Origin: Ascoidea asiatica JCM 7603
Lineage: Eukaryota; Fungi; Ascomycota
Assembly: GCA_001600695.1 (NCBI GenBank)
Contig: BCKQ01000002.1
Coordinates: 1,736,334 to 1,800,333 of the forward strand
Length of the DNA: 64,000 nucleotides
Reading direction: 5' to 3'
The notes under the pieces are model-generated. The model was not told the origin of the DNA and did no database searches. It saw only the letters and a list, made by a program, of their open reading frames with translations. Below are positions 1 through 11,963 of the stretch, piece after piece. Made by a program: the position numbers and the translations under genes. The stretch's first letter is position 1, and the number at the start of each line of letters is the position of its first letter.

Positions 1-685
1 CAATATAAATTTTAGTTTTACCATTTGAAATTTCTTTAAGATATCTTGAAATACCTGCAAATGTACCTCCAGTACCTGTTGAACATGTAAATCCATCAAC
101 TTTACCATTTAATTGTGCCCATATTTCAGGTCCTGTAGTTTCAATATGTGCTTGTCTATTTGATAAATTATCAAATTGATTTGTCCAAACTGAATTTTTT
201 AAAGATTCTGCATGCCTTTTAGCTTGATGATTATAATTCATTGGATTTGAATATGGTACAACTGGAACTGGATTAACTTCAGCTCCTAATAATTTTAATA
301 AACTTATTTTTGATGGTGATTGAGTATTTGGCATATAAATTATACATTTATATCCTTTAGATCTACAAACATGTGCTAATCCAATACCTGTATTTCCTGC
401 AGTTCCTTCAATAATTGTACCTCCATTTTTTATTAATCCTTTTTTCTCAGCATCTTCAATTATAAATTTTGCTGCTCTATCTTTTACTGATCCTCCTGGA
501 TTCATATATTCTGCTTTTGCATAAATATTTCTACCTAATTCTTTTGAAAGATTTTTTAATCTAATTAATGGAGTATTTCCAATAGCTTCAACAAAATCTT
601 TTGCAACTAATGGAACAAATGGAGGTCTAATATCTCTATTAGATATAAATCTACGACATATAATTCTTGAAGATTTTTGAAACAT
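1..685 (-). CDS. Cysteine synthase / O-acetylserine sulfhydrylase (PLP fold type II), mitochondrial-type; 3' end runs off the window
   Basis: Manual translation from ATG at 685: [13 protein letters not shown]... presequence, [24 protein letters not shown] (PLP Lys), [29 protein letters not shown]. Not in the ORF track because it has no stop in the window. Confidence 0.93.
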   Translation of the reverse strand, partial: MFQKSSRIICRRFISNRDIRPPFVPLVAKDFVEAIGNTPLIRLKNLSKELGRNIYAKAEYMNPGGSVKDRAAKFIIEDAEKKGLIKNGGTIIEGTAGNTGIGLAHVCRSKGYKCIIYMPNTQSPSKISLLKLLGAEVNPVPVVPYSNPMNYNHQAKRHAESLKNSVWTNQFDNLSNRQAHIETTGPEIWAQLNGKVDGFTCSTGTGGTFAGISRYLKEISNGKTKIYI

Positions 686-1009
686 AATTGAATTTTTAAT
701 CATCATGGAAAAATAAAAAAAAAAATACTTTTCAATTCGAAATTCTTATCCAATTTCATTTAACATCATTAAATTTATAATCTTTTAAAAAAAATCCATT
801 TTATTTTATTTAATCCTTCAAAAAATCAGTGATTGGCTATTTGAAATGCATTTCACATCCAACATTCATCGAAAATTACACCTTAAATTTTTTTTTTTTA
901 TTGCAACTTTCAAGATTATTCGCTTTTAAGTTATTAAAGAAAGAAATATTAAGTAAATATTTTAAAAAATATCACTTTAAAAAGATTATAAGTCAATTTA
1001 TTGAATATC

Positions 1010-1957
1010 ATGGATGCTTTAAGGAGTTATACTTCAGATTCAAATTCTGATAATGATTCAGATACAGATTCTACATATTCTGTCCATGTCTTAGAAAATA
1101 AAAATGAAATACAAAATTTAAAAACTCCTCCTTCCAGTTTATTAAAGGTGAATATGAATAATAATAGAACTACATTCTCAAAAGTTTTAGGAAAAGGAAT
1201 TAAAAATAATTTCAATGGCTCTGAAGTTTTAAATGAATATAATGGACAATCAATAGAAACAAATAAAACAATAACTTCATTTCTTCCAGTAGCAGTTACT
1301 AGAAAAACTTTGAATAAGTCAAATAATAACGCTAAGTCAAATAAAAGTAATAAAAGTAATAAAAGTAATAAAATTAATAAAGTAACAAAATTAAAAAACA
1401 TTAATAAAGATAAGGTCTCTAATCAAAATGTACAAAAAATTTTTAACTTTAATGAAAAAAATATCAAAAAAATTGAAAATATTAATTTAAATTTATTTTC
1501 TAGAATCAGAAATAATGAAAATACAAACAAAAATAATTTAAATAGTACAGAATATGAAATTAAATCTATTTTTTCAAATAAAGATATTTATACAATATAT
1601 AATGATAAAAAAACCAATAGCAATAATGATAATAATAATAATAATGAAGAAAAAAAAACCAGATTAAGTAAATACGAAGAGAAAATAAGGAAAAGAGAAG
1701 AAACTGAAATAAAAAAAGATTTAAAGAATTATGAAAATATGATTGAATTTAATATGGATGAATTTTATGCCAAAAACATGGAATTATCTAAAAAAGGTGA
1801 CTTAAATGAAAATTCTTCAATAAATTTGAATACAAAATTTAACGCAAATGGTAAAAATCAATTATCTTCACTTATAAAAGTAGCAAATGATAATATTGGT
1901 ATAATGGAAAAAAAATTTGAAAAAGAAAAATTAATGAAAGAAATTAAAAAAATTTAA
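1010..1957 (+). CDS. Low-complexity protein with PRCC-like (MAD2B-interacting, spliceosome-associated) C-terminal domain
   Basis: First ATG at 1010 (track start is TTG). The C-terminal IEFNMDEFYAKNMEL...GKNQLSSLIKVA...MEKKF resembles fungal PRCC C-termini, but the usual terminal KYGW/F is absent. Confidence 0.55.
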   Translation: MDALRSYTSDSNSDNDSDTDSTYSVHVLENKNEIQNLKTPPSSLLKVNMNNNRTTFSKVLGKGIKNNFNGSEVLNEYNGQSIETNKTITSFLPVAVTRKTLNKSNNNAKSNKSNKSNKSNKINKVTKLKNINKDKVSNQNVQKIFNFNEKNIKKIENINLNLFSRIRNNENTNKNNLNSTEYEIKSIFSNKDIYTIYNDKKTNSNNDNNNNNEEKKTRLSKYEEKIRKREETEIKKDLKNYENMIEFNMDEFYAKNMELSKKGDLNENSSINLNTKFNANGKNQLSSLIKVANDNIGIMEKKFEKEKLMKEIKKI

Positions 1958-2015
1958 ATCCAAAATTTAAAATCCAATTACTTCTTTTTGAAAAAAGAAA
2001 AAAACATGTTCTTCT

Positions 2016-3725
2016 TCAAAATTGTTTGGAATCAAAAGTAAAATTTCCACTTTTAACCACATCATTAAAATATTCATTTTTGAATATGAATATATTTGTT
2101 CCATCTAATTTAATTGCTTCTAAAAATCTTTCAATTGTTTTAGATTTTATCATTTCTTTAGATTTTTTTCTGTCAATTTGTATTTCTTGGGTACTTGGAA
2201 ACTCGGTTCGATTAAATCCAGGAGGAGTTCCTTGAAAATTAAAATTATTATCTTTATGCCTAGAAGATTTTTGAATAAGTTCTTTGATGTTATTACTATC
2301 ACATAAATGATGGTGAGAGTTAAAATTATTATTATTATTATTAAAATTATTTTTTGAATCAGAAGTCCAAACTGGACCATCACTTTTTTTAATAGGTCCT
2401 GCAGTTTCATAAAATTTTTGACAAACTTTACAAAAATTACCTTGAAGTTTACTTCTATTTTCTTTACCCCTTATTACTTCTTGAAATGCAAAGGGTAAGT
2501 TTTGATTTCTTGAAGGATTAGGTTTAAAATCTTCTAAAATCCAATTTCTTTTGGTTATTGGATTTTTTGTTAAATCTATTTTTTTATTTAAATCTATTTT
2601 TTTAGTTGAATAAAGTTTTTTAGTTAATTTTGTTTTTTTAATTGGAAAATTAGATATATCTAAGTTTAAGTTTTTATCTATTTCTTTTAAAGGCGAATCT
2701 TGTAATAATATATTTATTGAATTTTCTTCCTCTTTAACTGAACTTAAGGTTTTAGTGGAATCTATTAAATGCTTATTTGGGCTAAAATGATATGATGAAA
2801 ATATTTGGGTATCATTAGTATCACTATCATTATCATTATTTTCATTAAAAACTTCTTTATTATCACTGTTATAGTTTTCATTTTTAAGATTAATATCCCA
2901 ATTTTCTTTATTATCATTATAATTATTTGAAAAATGAGTTTTATTCCAATCTGTAGTTAAAAGTGGCAATTCCTCTTTATAATTTTTTTCTTCATCCGTT
3001 TTCATTTCTGTTTGATTAGAAAATTTGTCATTATTTGAGAATAGTAATATATTTGGATCTTTATCGAATATTAAATCTTCCGAATTATTAATATTTTGTA
3101 TTGAATTAATTTTTAATTTTGATGAAGGTTGAGTTGAATTGAATGTCATTGAATCTTGTGACGAATTTAAAACATCAAAATCATCTTTTTCAATTCTTAA
3201 ACTTTTTATTCTTTTTTGATGAGTATCATTATCATAATTAGAATTTGATTTTCTTTTGTAGTGTTTTTTCTTCTTTATATCTAAACTCGCAGGTGTCAAC
3301 CGAATATATTTAGATTGTTTTTTAAATTGAGACTTATAAAATTTTTTCTTTTTTTCTAAATTAATAATCTTTGAATTCAAATCTTCTATTTCCAATTTAG
3401 CTTTGTTTAAACTTATTTTGTAAAAATGTATGACTTTTGAAGCATTTTGAAAAAAATCTGATTTTTTTAAAATATTTATTATATCATCCTTTAACGTCGA
3501 TTCTGTTTTCAACATTATTTGATTTAAATCCATATTATAATCCAGACAAATATCATCATTATGAATGATATCTATTTGTGATTTAACGCCATCATGAACA
3601 CTGTCATTATTCTCAGAATAACTTTTTGAATATATCTGTTCGTCTTCACTTTGACTCTCTCCCTCACTTTGACTGTCCAAGTCTATTATATCTGTCGTTG
3701 GCAACACTGGAACTGAGCATTTCAT
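2016..3725 (-). CDS. SAE2: Sae2/Ctp1/CtIP DNA end-resection factor
   Basis: N-terminal coiled coil; C-terminal FQEVIRGKENR, CKVC (CxxC), SRHK (RHR-like), TPPGF (CDK site), FPSTQE (Tel1/Mec1 site). Confidence 0.9.
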   Translation of the reverse strand: MKCSVPVLPTTDIIDLDSQSEGESQSEDEQIYSKSYSENNDSVHDGVKSQIDIIHNDDICLDYNMDLNQIMLKTESTLKDDIINILKKSDFFQNASKVIHFYKISLNKAKLEIEDLNSKIINLEKKKKFYKSQFKKQSKYIRLTPASLDIKKKKHYKRKSNSNYDNDTHQKRIKSLRIEKDDFDVLNSSQDSMTFNSTQPSSKLKINSIQNINNSEDLIFDKDPNILLFSNNDKFSNQTEMKTDEEKNYKEELPLLTTDWNKTHFSNNYNDNKENWDINLKNENYNSDNKEVFNENNDNDSDTNDTQIFSSYHFSPNKHLIDSTKTLSSVKEEENSINILLQDSPLKEIDKNLNLDISNFPIKKTKLTKKLYSTKKIDLNKKIDLTKNPITKRNWILEDFKPNPSRNQNLPFAFQEVIRGKENRSKLQGNFCKVCQKFYETAGPIKKSDGPVWTSDSKNNFNNNNNNFNSHHHLCDSNNIKELIQKSSRHKDNNFNFQGTPPGFNRTEFPSTQEIQIDRKKSKEMIKSKTIERFLEAIKLDGTNIFIFKNEYFNDVVKSGNFTFDSKQF

Positions 3726-3848
3726 TCTTCAATACTATTACTTCTCTTGGTCTGGCAATACATGTATTTATATTTACATTCATATATGTTCTTGCTTGAA
3801 TGCATAATCCAATAATAATCTGAAATAACTGGAAGTCTTTTGCTTTGT

Positions 3849-3890
3849 TTAATTCAATTTAATTCAATTTAATTCAATTTAATTCAATTT
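3849..3890. repeat. Tandem 10-mer (TTAATTCAAT) x4
   Basis: Visible directly. Confidence 0.85.
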
Positions 3891-3903
3891 GTTTATTTTT
3901 TAC

Positions 3904-3910
3904 TTTCGCG
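3904..3910 (-). promoter_or_regulatory. SCB/MCB-like element CGCGAAA upstream of SAE2
   Basis: TTTCGCG on +, about 180 bp upstream of the ATG; CGCG is rare in this AT-rich DNA. Confidence 0.55.
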
Positions 3911-4243
3911 ACTGTCAACAAAACCACATTTTATACACGATCCTCAATTCTGGTCTCAGTTTCGATAAATCAGAAATAAATTTATTAACTTTTACCTGCT
4001 CATCTTATCTCATAACTTTTACTGATCTTAAATAAAAAAAAAAAGGTATTTATTAATTTTTGTATTTATATTTATTAAAATTTTTTTTTTTTTATATATC
4101 CGTTAAACATATATATTAAACAAGTGATTCGTAATTGAAAATGAAAATTATATATTATAGATCCAGGTTTTTGATGATATTAGTGGGTCATTGCATTGCA
4201 TTGTATTTCATAAAATAAAAGAAAATAAAAGAAAAATTGAAGT

Positions 4244-4292
4244 AAAAAAGTTCAAAAAAGTTCAAAAATGTTCAAAAAAGTTCAAAAAAGTT
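4244..4292. repeat. Tandem 10-mer (AAAAAAGTTC) about x5 in the LOS1 3' UTR
   Basis: Visible directly, one variant unit. Confidence 0.8.
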
Positions 4293-4310
4293 TAAGAATG
4301 TTTAAAAATG

Positions 4311-7300
4311 TTAGCTTCTAAGCTCTTTGACAAAATCATTGAAATATCTTTTAAATTCTTTAATATCCATATTAATTAAATTACTTAAAAAAACATCCTT
4401 TATATTATTTGGAAATCCAATTTCAACAAAATAGATATTATTGAGATAATTGATTAAATTATCTTTGAATCTATTCAATAAAGTTTTTAATAAAACTCCA
4501 ATTTCATTACAAATTAATCTATTTTGAGCATCTTTAACATTAAAATTCTCATTTTTAAATGGAATTTCAAAACTTATTGAAATTAAATTTTTAATAAAAA
4601 ATTCTTCAATACCTTCAATTTTAAATTGATTTTTAAATTTATCTTGTTCATCTAAAATTCCATTATCACTAATAATTAAAACAAAATTTTCTAAAACATT
4701 AAAAGATAATTTTGAAATTCCAATTAAATTACTATCACTACTACTAAAATTACCTCGTCCAATTCCATTACCAATTTTACTTGTTTTTTTACAATATTCT
4801 AATAATTTTTCTAATATAATTCCAAACATTTTAGAATTATTTTCATCAATTAAAATACTAGTAAAATGATTATTACTTAAATTAATTAAAAATGTTAAAA
4901 ATGATTTTTTTAAATTAACTTTATCTCTACTTAAATCACTTACATCATGACCATTTTCATCTAATTTTTTATCTTTTATTACTTCTCCATCATTTTCATT
5001 ATTGATAATATTATTATTATTATTATCATTATCATTATTATTTTTATTAAAGCCATTTAATTTTCCATTACCATTAGTAATTCCATTACCATTTGAAACT
5101 TTATCATTATTTTTTATTCTATCTATTAAACTATTATTATCATCATTTTCATCTTCACCAATCATTAAAAAAATTTTTTCAAATAATGGTGTAAATAAAT
5201 TATTAATTAATTGATAAATCATTACATTATTTTGAAAATTATGAATAATTTGTCCTAAAAATCCTAAAAAATCACTAACTTCCGTTAATCTTAAATTTTC
5301 TCCAATTAAAATATTTGAAATAAATCTACTTAAATAATCTGTAATATCTATTTTATAACCTAAAATTGGTATAAATCTTGCAAATAAAAATCTTGAAGCC
5401 TCTCGAATATCTTCAAATTGGTTGAAATTTTCTAAAATTATAATTGAACATTCTATTGCACTTTTAAATTTTTCTATAACTTCTTTTTCAATTTTATCAT
5501 TAATTTCATTATTATTATTAGTATTATTATTATTAATTAATTTTGATTTAATATTATTATTATTTAATTTATTAATATCATTATTTGTATAATTAAAATT
5601 ATTACTATTATCAAAATCATAACCTTTTGCAAAAGTTCCAATTGCTTGTAAACAATGATGAGCTTGTAAAATAACTTCTTTTTTTTGATTAATATTAATT
5701 AAACTTGGATAAACTTCAATACATTTTGATAAATCATTAAATAATGGATTTAAAATAGAATCAATTAATTCTAATTTATTTTCAATTGGAACTATATTAT
5801 TATCAATAGGTTTTGATTTATTAATTAAAGAAATTAAAATTCCAATAGTTTCAAATAAATATAATTGACTATCAAAATTTGAATTATCAATTAATTCATC
5901 ATTATCATTACCATTATTTTCAGGTAATTGAGCTTTGATAATTAATAAATTATTTGATAAATTAATTAATAAATTTTTAAGAATTAAGAAATTTAAAATT
6001 GGTTTTGTTAATTTTATAAATCTATAAAATAAATACCATGATCTTAATTGAACTTTTAAATTTGAATTAAATAAACCAAATTCTGAATTTAAAATTTCTA
6101 AAATATTATTTGTTAAAATATTATTTTCATTTGAATTTAAATTTTTATTTGAATTTTTATTTAAATTTTCTGGAGATATAAAAAAATTATAATGTTTAAC
6201 AATTAATTCAAAAAATAATAATTCAATTAATGGATGATTAAATTTTAATAATAATGAATCACCAATTTTATTTATATTATTATTTTTAGTATGAGTATTA
6301 ATTAATTTTATAAGATAAGATTTAAAAGATAAAAAAGGTTTTGAAGATTGAATTGAATTTTTTGGTAATTTTAAAAGATTATTTCTTAAAGATTCTGAAA
6401 AATTAGTTAATTCAAATAAACCTAATTCAACAGATCTCCAATCATTAATTTTAATATCTATATTTACATTATTTAAGTTATTATTATTATTGAATAAAGT
6501 TAATTCAATAATATTTGTAATTTGTTGAAGATATAAATCAGGATTAATTAAAGCAATATTATCTTGAAAATTTTTTAATTTTGATCTAAAATCATTAAAT
6601 TCATCATTTTCATCATCATCTAAACCATCAGAATCATTATCATATTTCATTTTTAAAATGATTTTTTGTAATAAATTTGATAAAATTTCAAAATTTAAAA
6701 AATTTGAAAATATTAAAGAATTTGAATTTTTTTTGAATAAAGATAAAAATGAATATAAAAATGGAAAAATTAATTCAGAAATATCATCATAATCATTTGA
6801 TAAGAAAAATAAGATTATTGGAAAAATTTTATAAATTTCTTGAAATATTAAATTTTTTAAATTATTATCAATATTATTTATATTATTTTCTAAGATTAAA
6901 ATATATTCTAAACCTAAAGTATTTGATAATTTTGAAACATTTTTAAGAAATTCAATTTTATCATCATTATTATTATTATTGTTGTTAATAGTGGTTATAT
7001 TTGAATAAGGTAAAATAATTGAATTAATAATTGAGATTAAATTTAAATTTGATAATAATTGTAATTTTTTATTAAATGGCATTTTTTTTGAAATTATATT
7101 ATTTAATGAATTACAAGAAGATAATTTTAAAGATAAAATATTTGAATTTAAATATTGATAAATTAAATTTAAATAATCATTATCTAAAATTAAATTTATA
7201 TCAATCCAATTTGAATAAATTCCAATAATATTTAAACATTTTGATAAAATTAAATGATTATTTGATAAATTTAAATTTGATAAAATTTTTTTCCAATTTA

Positions 7301-8099
7301 AAGTTAAATTATTTATATCATTTAATCTCATAATATCTTTAATTTGAGCATTTCTTTTTAAAACATCATTATTTGAATTTTGAATTGAAGTTGAATTTAA
7401 ATTTGAATTTAAATTTGAATTTGAATTTGAAATGGAAGTTGAAGAAGATGAATATAATTGATCAGCAATTTCATCATTTATATATAAAAGAATATTTAAA
7501 TAATAATCTAATAAAATTGGATTAAAATTAAAATCATTTTTTTGTAATAATAATAATTTTTCCATATCTTTTTTATTATATTCTTTATCTTGATCATTAT
7601 CATTATCATTATGATTATGATTATCATTATCTTGATCATTATGATTATGTTTGAAATTAAAATTATTAATAATTGATAAAAAATCATTAAAGAAATGTGG
7701 CCAAATATTTAAATAAGTATGAAGAAATAAATTAGCTAAAGTTGAAGAAAATTTTTTTTTAATAATTTCAGAATCTATATGATTTTTATTTAAAATTATA
7801 ATTTTAAAATAATTATTAAATAAATTTTGTTTTAAGAAATTTAATTGATTTAAATTTAAAAATTTTAAAGAATTATTAATAATTTGTAAAGAAAAAAATC
7901 TTAAATTATCATTTTTATTTAAATTATTAAATAAATTTAAACAAATTTGCCAAGAATTTAAATTTAATGGATTTAATTTTAATTGATTTATAAAAATTAA
8001 AGCTTGTTGAATTAATTGTTGATTTGAAGAACCATTAAAAGCTATATTTACAGCCGATTCAATTTGAGATTGAATTGAATCAATTTCAGATACAGACAT
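4311..8099 (-). CDS. LOS1: Exportin-T (tRNA export receptor) with Asn-rich insertions
   Basis: Importin-beta-like N-terminus (QQALIFINQLK, RFFSLQII, WPHFFNDF), IKDIMR, WIDINLI, DWRSVELGLFEL, RSWYLFYRFIK, FDSQLYLFETIG, KDAQ. Confidence 0.9.
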   Translation of the reverse strand: MSVSEIDSIQSQIESAVNIAFNGSSNQQLIQQALIFINQLKLNPLNLNSWQICLNLFNNLNKNDNLRFFSLQIINNSLKFLNLNQLNFLKQNLFNNYFKIIILNKNHIDSEIIKKKFSSTLANLFLHTYLNIWPHFFNDFLSIINNFNFKHNHNDQDNDNHNHNDNDNDQDKEYNKKDMEKLLLLQKNDFNFNPILLDYYLNILLYINDEIADQLYSSSSTSISNSNSNLNSNLNSTSIQNSNNDVLKRNAQIKDIMRLNDINNLTLNWKKILSNLNLSNNHLILSKCLNIIGIYSNWIDINLILDNDYLNLIYQYLNSNILSLKLSSCNSLNNIISKKMPFNKKLQLLSNLNLISIINSIILPYSNITTINNNNNNNDDKIEFLKNVSKLSNTLGLEYILILENNINNIDNNLKNLIFQEIYKIFPIILFFLSNDYDDISELIFPFLYSFLSLFKKNSNSLIFSNFLNFEILSNLLQKIILKMKYDNDSDGLDDDENDEFNDFRSKLKNFQDNIALINPDLYLQQITNIIELTLFNNNNNLNNVNIDIKINDWRSVELGLFELTNFSESLRNNLLKLPKNSIQSSKPFLSFKSYLIKLINTHTKNNNINKIGDSLLLKFNHPLIELLFFELIVKHYNFFISPENLNKNSNKNLNSNENNILTNNILEILNSEFGLFNSNLKVQLRSWYLFYRFIKLTKPILNFLILKNLLINLSNNLLIIKAQLPENNGNDNDELIDNSNFDSQLYLFETIGILISLINKSKPIDNNIVPIENKLELIDSILNPLFNDLSKCIEVYPSLININQKKEVILQAHHCLQAIGTFAKGYDFDNSNNFNYTNNDINKLNNNNIKSKLINNNNTNNNNEINDKIEKEVIEKFKSAIECSIIILENFNQFEDIREASRFLFARFIPILGYKIDITDYLSRFISNILIGENLRLTEVSDFLGFLGQIIHNFQNNVMIYQLINNLFTPLFEKIFLMIGEDENDDNNSLIDRIKNNDKVSNGNGITNGNGKLNGFNKNNNDNDNNNNNIINNENDGEVIKDKKLDENGHDVSDLSRDKVNLKKSFLTFLINLSNNHFTSILIDENNSKMFGIILEKLLEYCKKTSKIGNGIGRGNFSSSDSNLIGISKLSFNVLENFVLIISDNGILDEQDKFKNQFKIEGIEEFFIKNLISISFEIPFKNENFNVKDAQNRLICNEIGVLLKTLLNRFKDNLINYLNNIYFVEIGFPNNIKDVFLSNLINMDIKEFKRYFNDFVKELRS

Positions 8100-8189
8100 T
8101 ATTATCTATTATCTATTATCTATTATCTATTATCTATTATCTATTATCTATTATCTATTATCTATTATCTATTATCTATTATCTATTAT
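8100..8189. repeat. Heptamer microsatellite (TATTATC) about x12 abutting the LOS1 start codon
   Basis: Perfect tandem array from 8100; the ATG (cat) is at 8097-8099. Confidence 0.95.
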
Positions 8190-9353
8190 ATGATTATATG
8201 ATTATCTTTTGATATATTGATATATTGGTATATATATATATATATATATATTGATTTATATGAATACAAATACAAATATGAATATGACAATAGAGATAAA
8301 TGAGTGATAATATATGAGTAATAGTTGAATATTTTGTAATAGAGGAAATGAATAAATTATTGATTTGATATCAATTTTTTAATTTTTTGAATATCCCACC
8401 CAAATTGAAGGTTAAAAAGAGGAAATAAATAAATAAATAAATAAATAAATATGATGGATTAATTGATTGATTGATTGATGACTATTGATTATTGCTTGAA
8501 GATGATTAAAGAAATAAAGAAATAAAGAAATAAAGAAATGTATTATTGAAGCATTATATTTCAAATGATTTAATAATGTATTATAAATATTTTATTCTTA
8601 CAAAGAGTTAGTTAATAAATATTTAATTTATATTTTGTTTAAAAGAATAAGAAAAAAAAAGATATTGAAATGAAAGAAAGTAAAGAATGAATGAATGAAG
8701 TGAAAAGACTGAAAATTATCATTCTTTAATTATTTGAAGCTTTCACCATTTTTGTTTTTACTCAGCGGCATAAAATCAGATCAAGCGAGTTTTTACTGCA
8801 ATTAAATACAAGCACAAAACTGGCGCGGGGACAGCAGTTGGAGCAATCAGGGACACAGCAAGGCAATTAAGTGTAGATCCTGGATGGGTTGACTGCTTTA
8901 AAGAGGGAAAGTGGTGTCCTGGAAGTGACTTTGCTGGGAAATGCAAACTTTTTTAGGTCTGGAAGCAAGAAAGAAGAAAGAAAGAAAGAAGAAAGAAAGA
9001 AAGGGGCAACACGGAGACAGCAGAGGACCCGGGGAAGTGGAGTGGGAGCAGTCAGGTGACCGAAGAAGCCACCGGATCCAAAACAGACTCAGAGCACGCA
9101 GTCAGCGGTTACGTCAGCAGCCACTGCTTCTCTTCTTTTCTCTTCAGTCTGTTTGTTAACAGTCACACTGCCTCGAGACCTGAGACTACTGTGATACTAT
9201 TAGTATTAGTGCTATTAGTATTAGTGCTATTAGTACTACTACTACTCCCATTACTACTACTCTTTGTCCCCTTTAAATCTAATTCACCTCAAATAACAAA
9301 TTAATCAAGAACTGAACTTGATAATTAATAACTTATTACTACTAATATCATAA

Positions 9354-9507
9354 TCATATCATATCATATCATATCATATCATATCATATATCAGTATATT
9401 AATAAGATATTTATATATATCCATTTAATATATATTTAATATCTATTCATAAAATATTCATTCATAAAATATTCATTCATAAAATATTCATTCATAAAAT
9501 ATTCATA
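9354..9507. repeat. (CATAT)n followed by (AAAATATTCATTCAT) about x4 upstream of the EAP1-like gene
   Basis: Visible directly. Confidence 0.85.
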
Positions 9508-9613
9508 TAACAAAACATCAAGCTATTCATCATAATCTTCATAATCTTCATAATCATATAAAATTATAATATATACATAATACATCTATTAAATCAATTC
9601 AATTCAATTTAAA

Positions 9614-11675
9614 ATGGTTGGAGGAATTGAATTAGATGATCCATCAATTATAACTGCAAGACCTGTAAGGAGAAAAAATTCTCATAATCATATAATCTCA
9701 AATCAATCAATCACTTTTAATCATTCTCATCAAAATCATCTGAATTCAAATCACTTAATTTCAAATCATTCAAATCATTTATCATCTTTCTTTTCCAATT
9801 CAATCACCAATAATTCTATCAACTCAAATAATAATAATAGTAATTCAATCTTAAATCAATTTCAAAATTTGAATTTAAATTCAAACTCAAATACTAATAA
9901 TAATAATAATAATAATATCAATAGTGATGAAAATTTAATTAATGAATTAATAAATTTACCAAAATCAAGACGTAATTCTCATAGATCTTCTTTTAATACT
10001 CCAAGTGGTACAACTATTCAAGCAAATAGTTTCACTCTCTTAAATGATAACGATAATGATAATGATAATGACAATGACAATGACAATTCTAATATTAATA
10101 ATATCGATAATGATAACGCTATAATAGAAGAAGATGAAGAAGAACAACAACAACAACAACAACAACAATCATCTTCAAATAAATCAGTCTCCTATTCTAT
10201 TCAAACTTTATTATATTTAAGTAATTCTCCATTAATTAAATCTCCAAAAAATTTACCAGATTCAACTTTTTGGAAACCTTTAAGAATTAATAAACAATCA
10301 AGAAGAGATAATTATCATACTAATATTAATAATATTCATAATAATCTTCATAATAATCATATCATCAATAATAATAGTAATAATAATAATAACCATAGTA
10401 ATAATTCAAATAATTACAACAAAAATAACAATATCACTAATAATAATAACAATAACAATAACAATAACAATAACAATAATAATAACAACAACAACAACAA
10501 CAACAACAACGAAAATACTAATAGCGCTAATGTTAAACTTAACGCCAATTCAAATCTGTATAATAATCATTCCATTAATAATAATACTAATAATAACAAT
10601 CACAATAATAATATCTCCAATAATATATCAAATGATTTAGAATTAGATATTTCAAATAATATTCAAGATCCTGATAATTCAAATTCTTTAAATAATAATT
10701 TAAGTTCTTCTCTAATAACTAATTCAACTGGTGAAATGGGTAATTTCACTTTAAAATTAAATAAATATTCTGGTCTTAATAACAATAATAATAATAATAA
10801 TAATAATAACAATAACAACAGTAACAACAATAACAATAGTTCAACAAAATATTCTTATTCTCATAGAAGAGGTAATCGTCGTGAAAGTTTTAATAAAACT
10901 TTTACAAGACCTGGTTATAATCCAAATTCAAATTCAAATAAATCTTTAATATTAAATAATAACAACAATAACAACAATAACAATAAAGTATTAAAAGGAA
11001 ACTCAAGCCCTTCTTCTTCTTCTTCAACTTCAATTAATACAAATACAAACTCAATATCTTCAAATTCAACAACTACTACAACAATTTCAAATCCAAATTC
11101 AAATTCAAATTCAAATTCAAATTCAATTAGCAACTCTTCTAATTTTCAATCTCAACAAATTTATCATTCTCATAACAATTCTTTAAATGATTCAATTAAA
11201 TCTCCTTCTTTTTCAAAATTTAATAATAATAATAATAATAATAACAACAACAATGACAACAACAATGACAATAATGACAATTATAATGATAACAATAATA
11301 ACAATAATAATAATAATGATAATGATGATAATGATGATGAATTAAATGAACCTGAATGGTTTGCTTCAAAACAAAAAGATACTTTTAATTCAAATCAAAG
11401 ATTTCAAAAACAAAAATATAATAATAGAAATGATTATTACTCTAATAACAATAATAATAATAATAATAACAACAACAACAACAATAACTTTAATTCATTT
11501 GATGATAATGATTCATTAGGTAAAACTGCTGATGATTTTGAAAAATGGAAAGCAAATATGAAATTAGAAGAAGAAAGAAAAAAGAATAAAAATAAATTAA
11601 CTTTACCTCCTGGTTTAAATATTAATTCAAATTCTCAACCAATTAAATCAATTCAATCAACTAAACCAATTAATG

Positions 11676-11727
<52 letters not shown>

Positions 11728-11926
11728 CAAATTAAATACTAAAAAAGAAATTGAGATTGAAATTGAAATTAAAAATAAATCTAAAATTGAAGACAATAAA
11801 TTTGAAAATACTAAAATTGATTCATCAATTTCAATTAAAAAAGAAAGAAATGAAATTGATAGTTTTTTTGCTTTATTAGATTCTGATATTAAACCAACAA
11901 TTGATTCAAGTAATTCTATTTTAATA

Positions 11927-11963
<37 letters not shown>

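Noticed and set aside
8941-9304. Two short ORFs in a GC-rich island
   Set aside because: They lie in the divergent LOS1/EAP1-like promoter, are built partly from simple repeats and have no protein motifs.
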